Positions 63,727 through 64,000 of a stretch of DNA of 64,000 nucleotides are shown in pieces. The stretch spans positions 688,297 to 752,296 of the forward strand of contig JBBPEB010000024.1 of NCBI GenBank assembly GCA_039096225.1, written 5' to 3'. A model generated the notes under the pieces. It was given only the letters and a program-made list of their open reading frames with translations. It was not told the origin of the DNA and made no database searches. The DNA is from Blastocystis sp. Blastoise (taxonomy: Eukaryota; Protista; Bigyra: Opalinata). The position numbers and the translations under genes are program-made. Position 1 is the stretch's first letter. The number at the start of each line of letters is the position of its first letter.

Positions 63727-63795
63727 TTCTTATATCAGGAATTGAACCTGATTATAATCAACAAATGATTATTACTCTCCATATAGAGTATAAGA
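63727..63795 (-). ncRNA. tRNA-like cloverleaf, copy B (non-canonical)
   Basis: TCTTATA / CTCT-ATATGG-AGAG / TA / ATAATC-ATTTGTT-GATTAT / AA / TCAGG-TTCAATT-CCTGA / TATAAGA-A, with T6 about 10 nt downstream. Confidence 0.6.
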
Positions 63796-63957
63796 AGTGT
63801 TAATAAAATAATATATATAATATATAATATATAATATATAATAAATAATAAGTAACATATTATAGATAATATTTAATAAATAATATATATTATATAATAT
63901 ATAGTAGATAATAAGGAAAGAAAGTGAATAAAAACAAAACACTTATTATTCATTGCA

Positions 63958-63994
63958 GCCGCGGTCCGGTGCCGTTAGGCCCCGGACCTGCGGC
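63958..63994. other. GC-rich stem-loop at the window edge
   Basis: GCCGC-GGTCCGG-T-GCC-GTTA-GGC-C-CCGGACC-T-GCGGC in an otherwise extremely AT-rich context. Confidence 0.7.
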
Positions 63995-64000
63995 GTGACC

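Overview
Very AT-rich, intron-rich eukaryotic DNA, probably from a protist. The expanded BTB-like/TLDc families and overall style suggest a Blastocystis-like stramenopile, but that is inference. The first 50 kb holds host genes: three BTB-like+TLDc paralogs, three genes of a BTB-like/repeat family, a divergent UBR1/PRT6-like N-recognin E3 ligase, a calponin-homology protein with many PxxPxR repeats, glutamine-dependent carbamoyl-phosphate synthetase II and an MFS transporter. These are interrupted by a foldback MITE (~18 kb) and a complex hAT transposon locus with six TIRs and a 1.4-kb inverted duplication (23.9-29.5 kb). The region from 50.5 to 64 kb is accessory. It contains an intact RT+restriction-like-endonuclease non-LTR retrotransposon ORF, an orphan intronless ORF, degenerate ~244/489-bp repeats, apparently non-coding spliced units and a GC-rich hairpin at the window edge. 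The most striking signal is four tRNA-derived pieces punctuating this region, all on the minus strand. Two are bare tRNA 3' ends starting at GGGTTCGA, one after each ORF module. Two are non-canonical cloverleaves with compensatory base changes. Exon boundaries were read by eye and are approximate.
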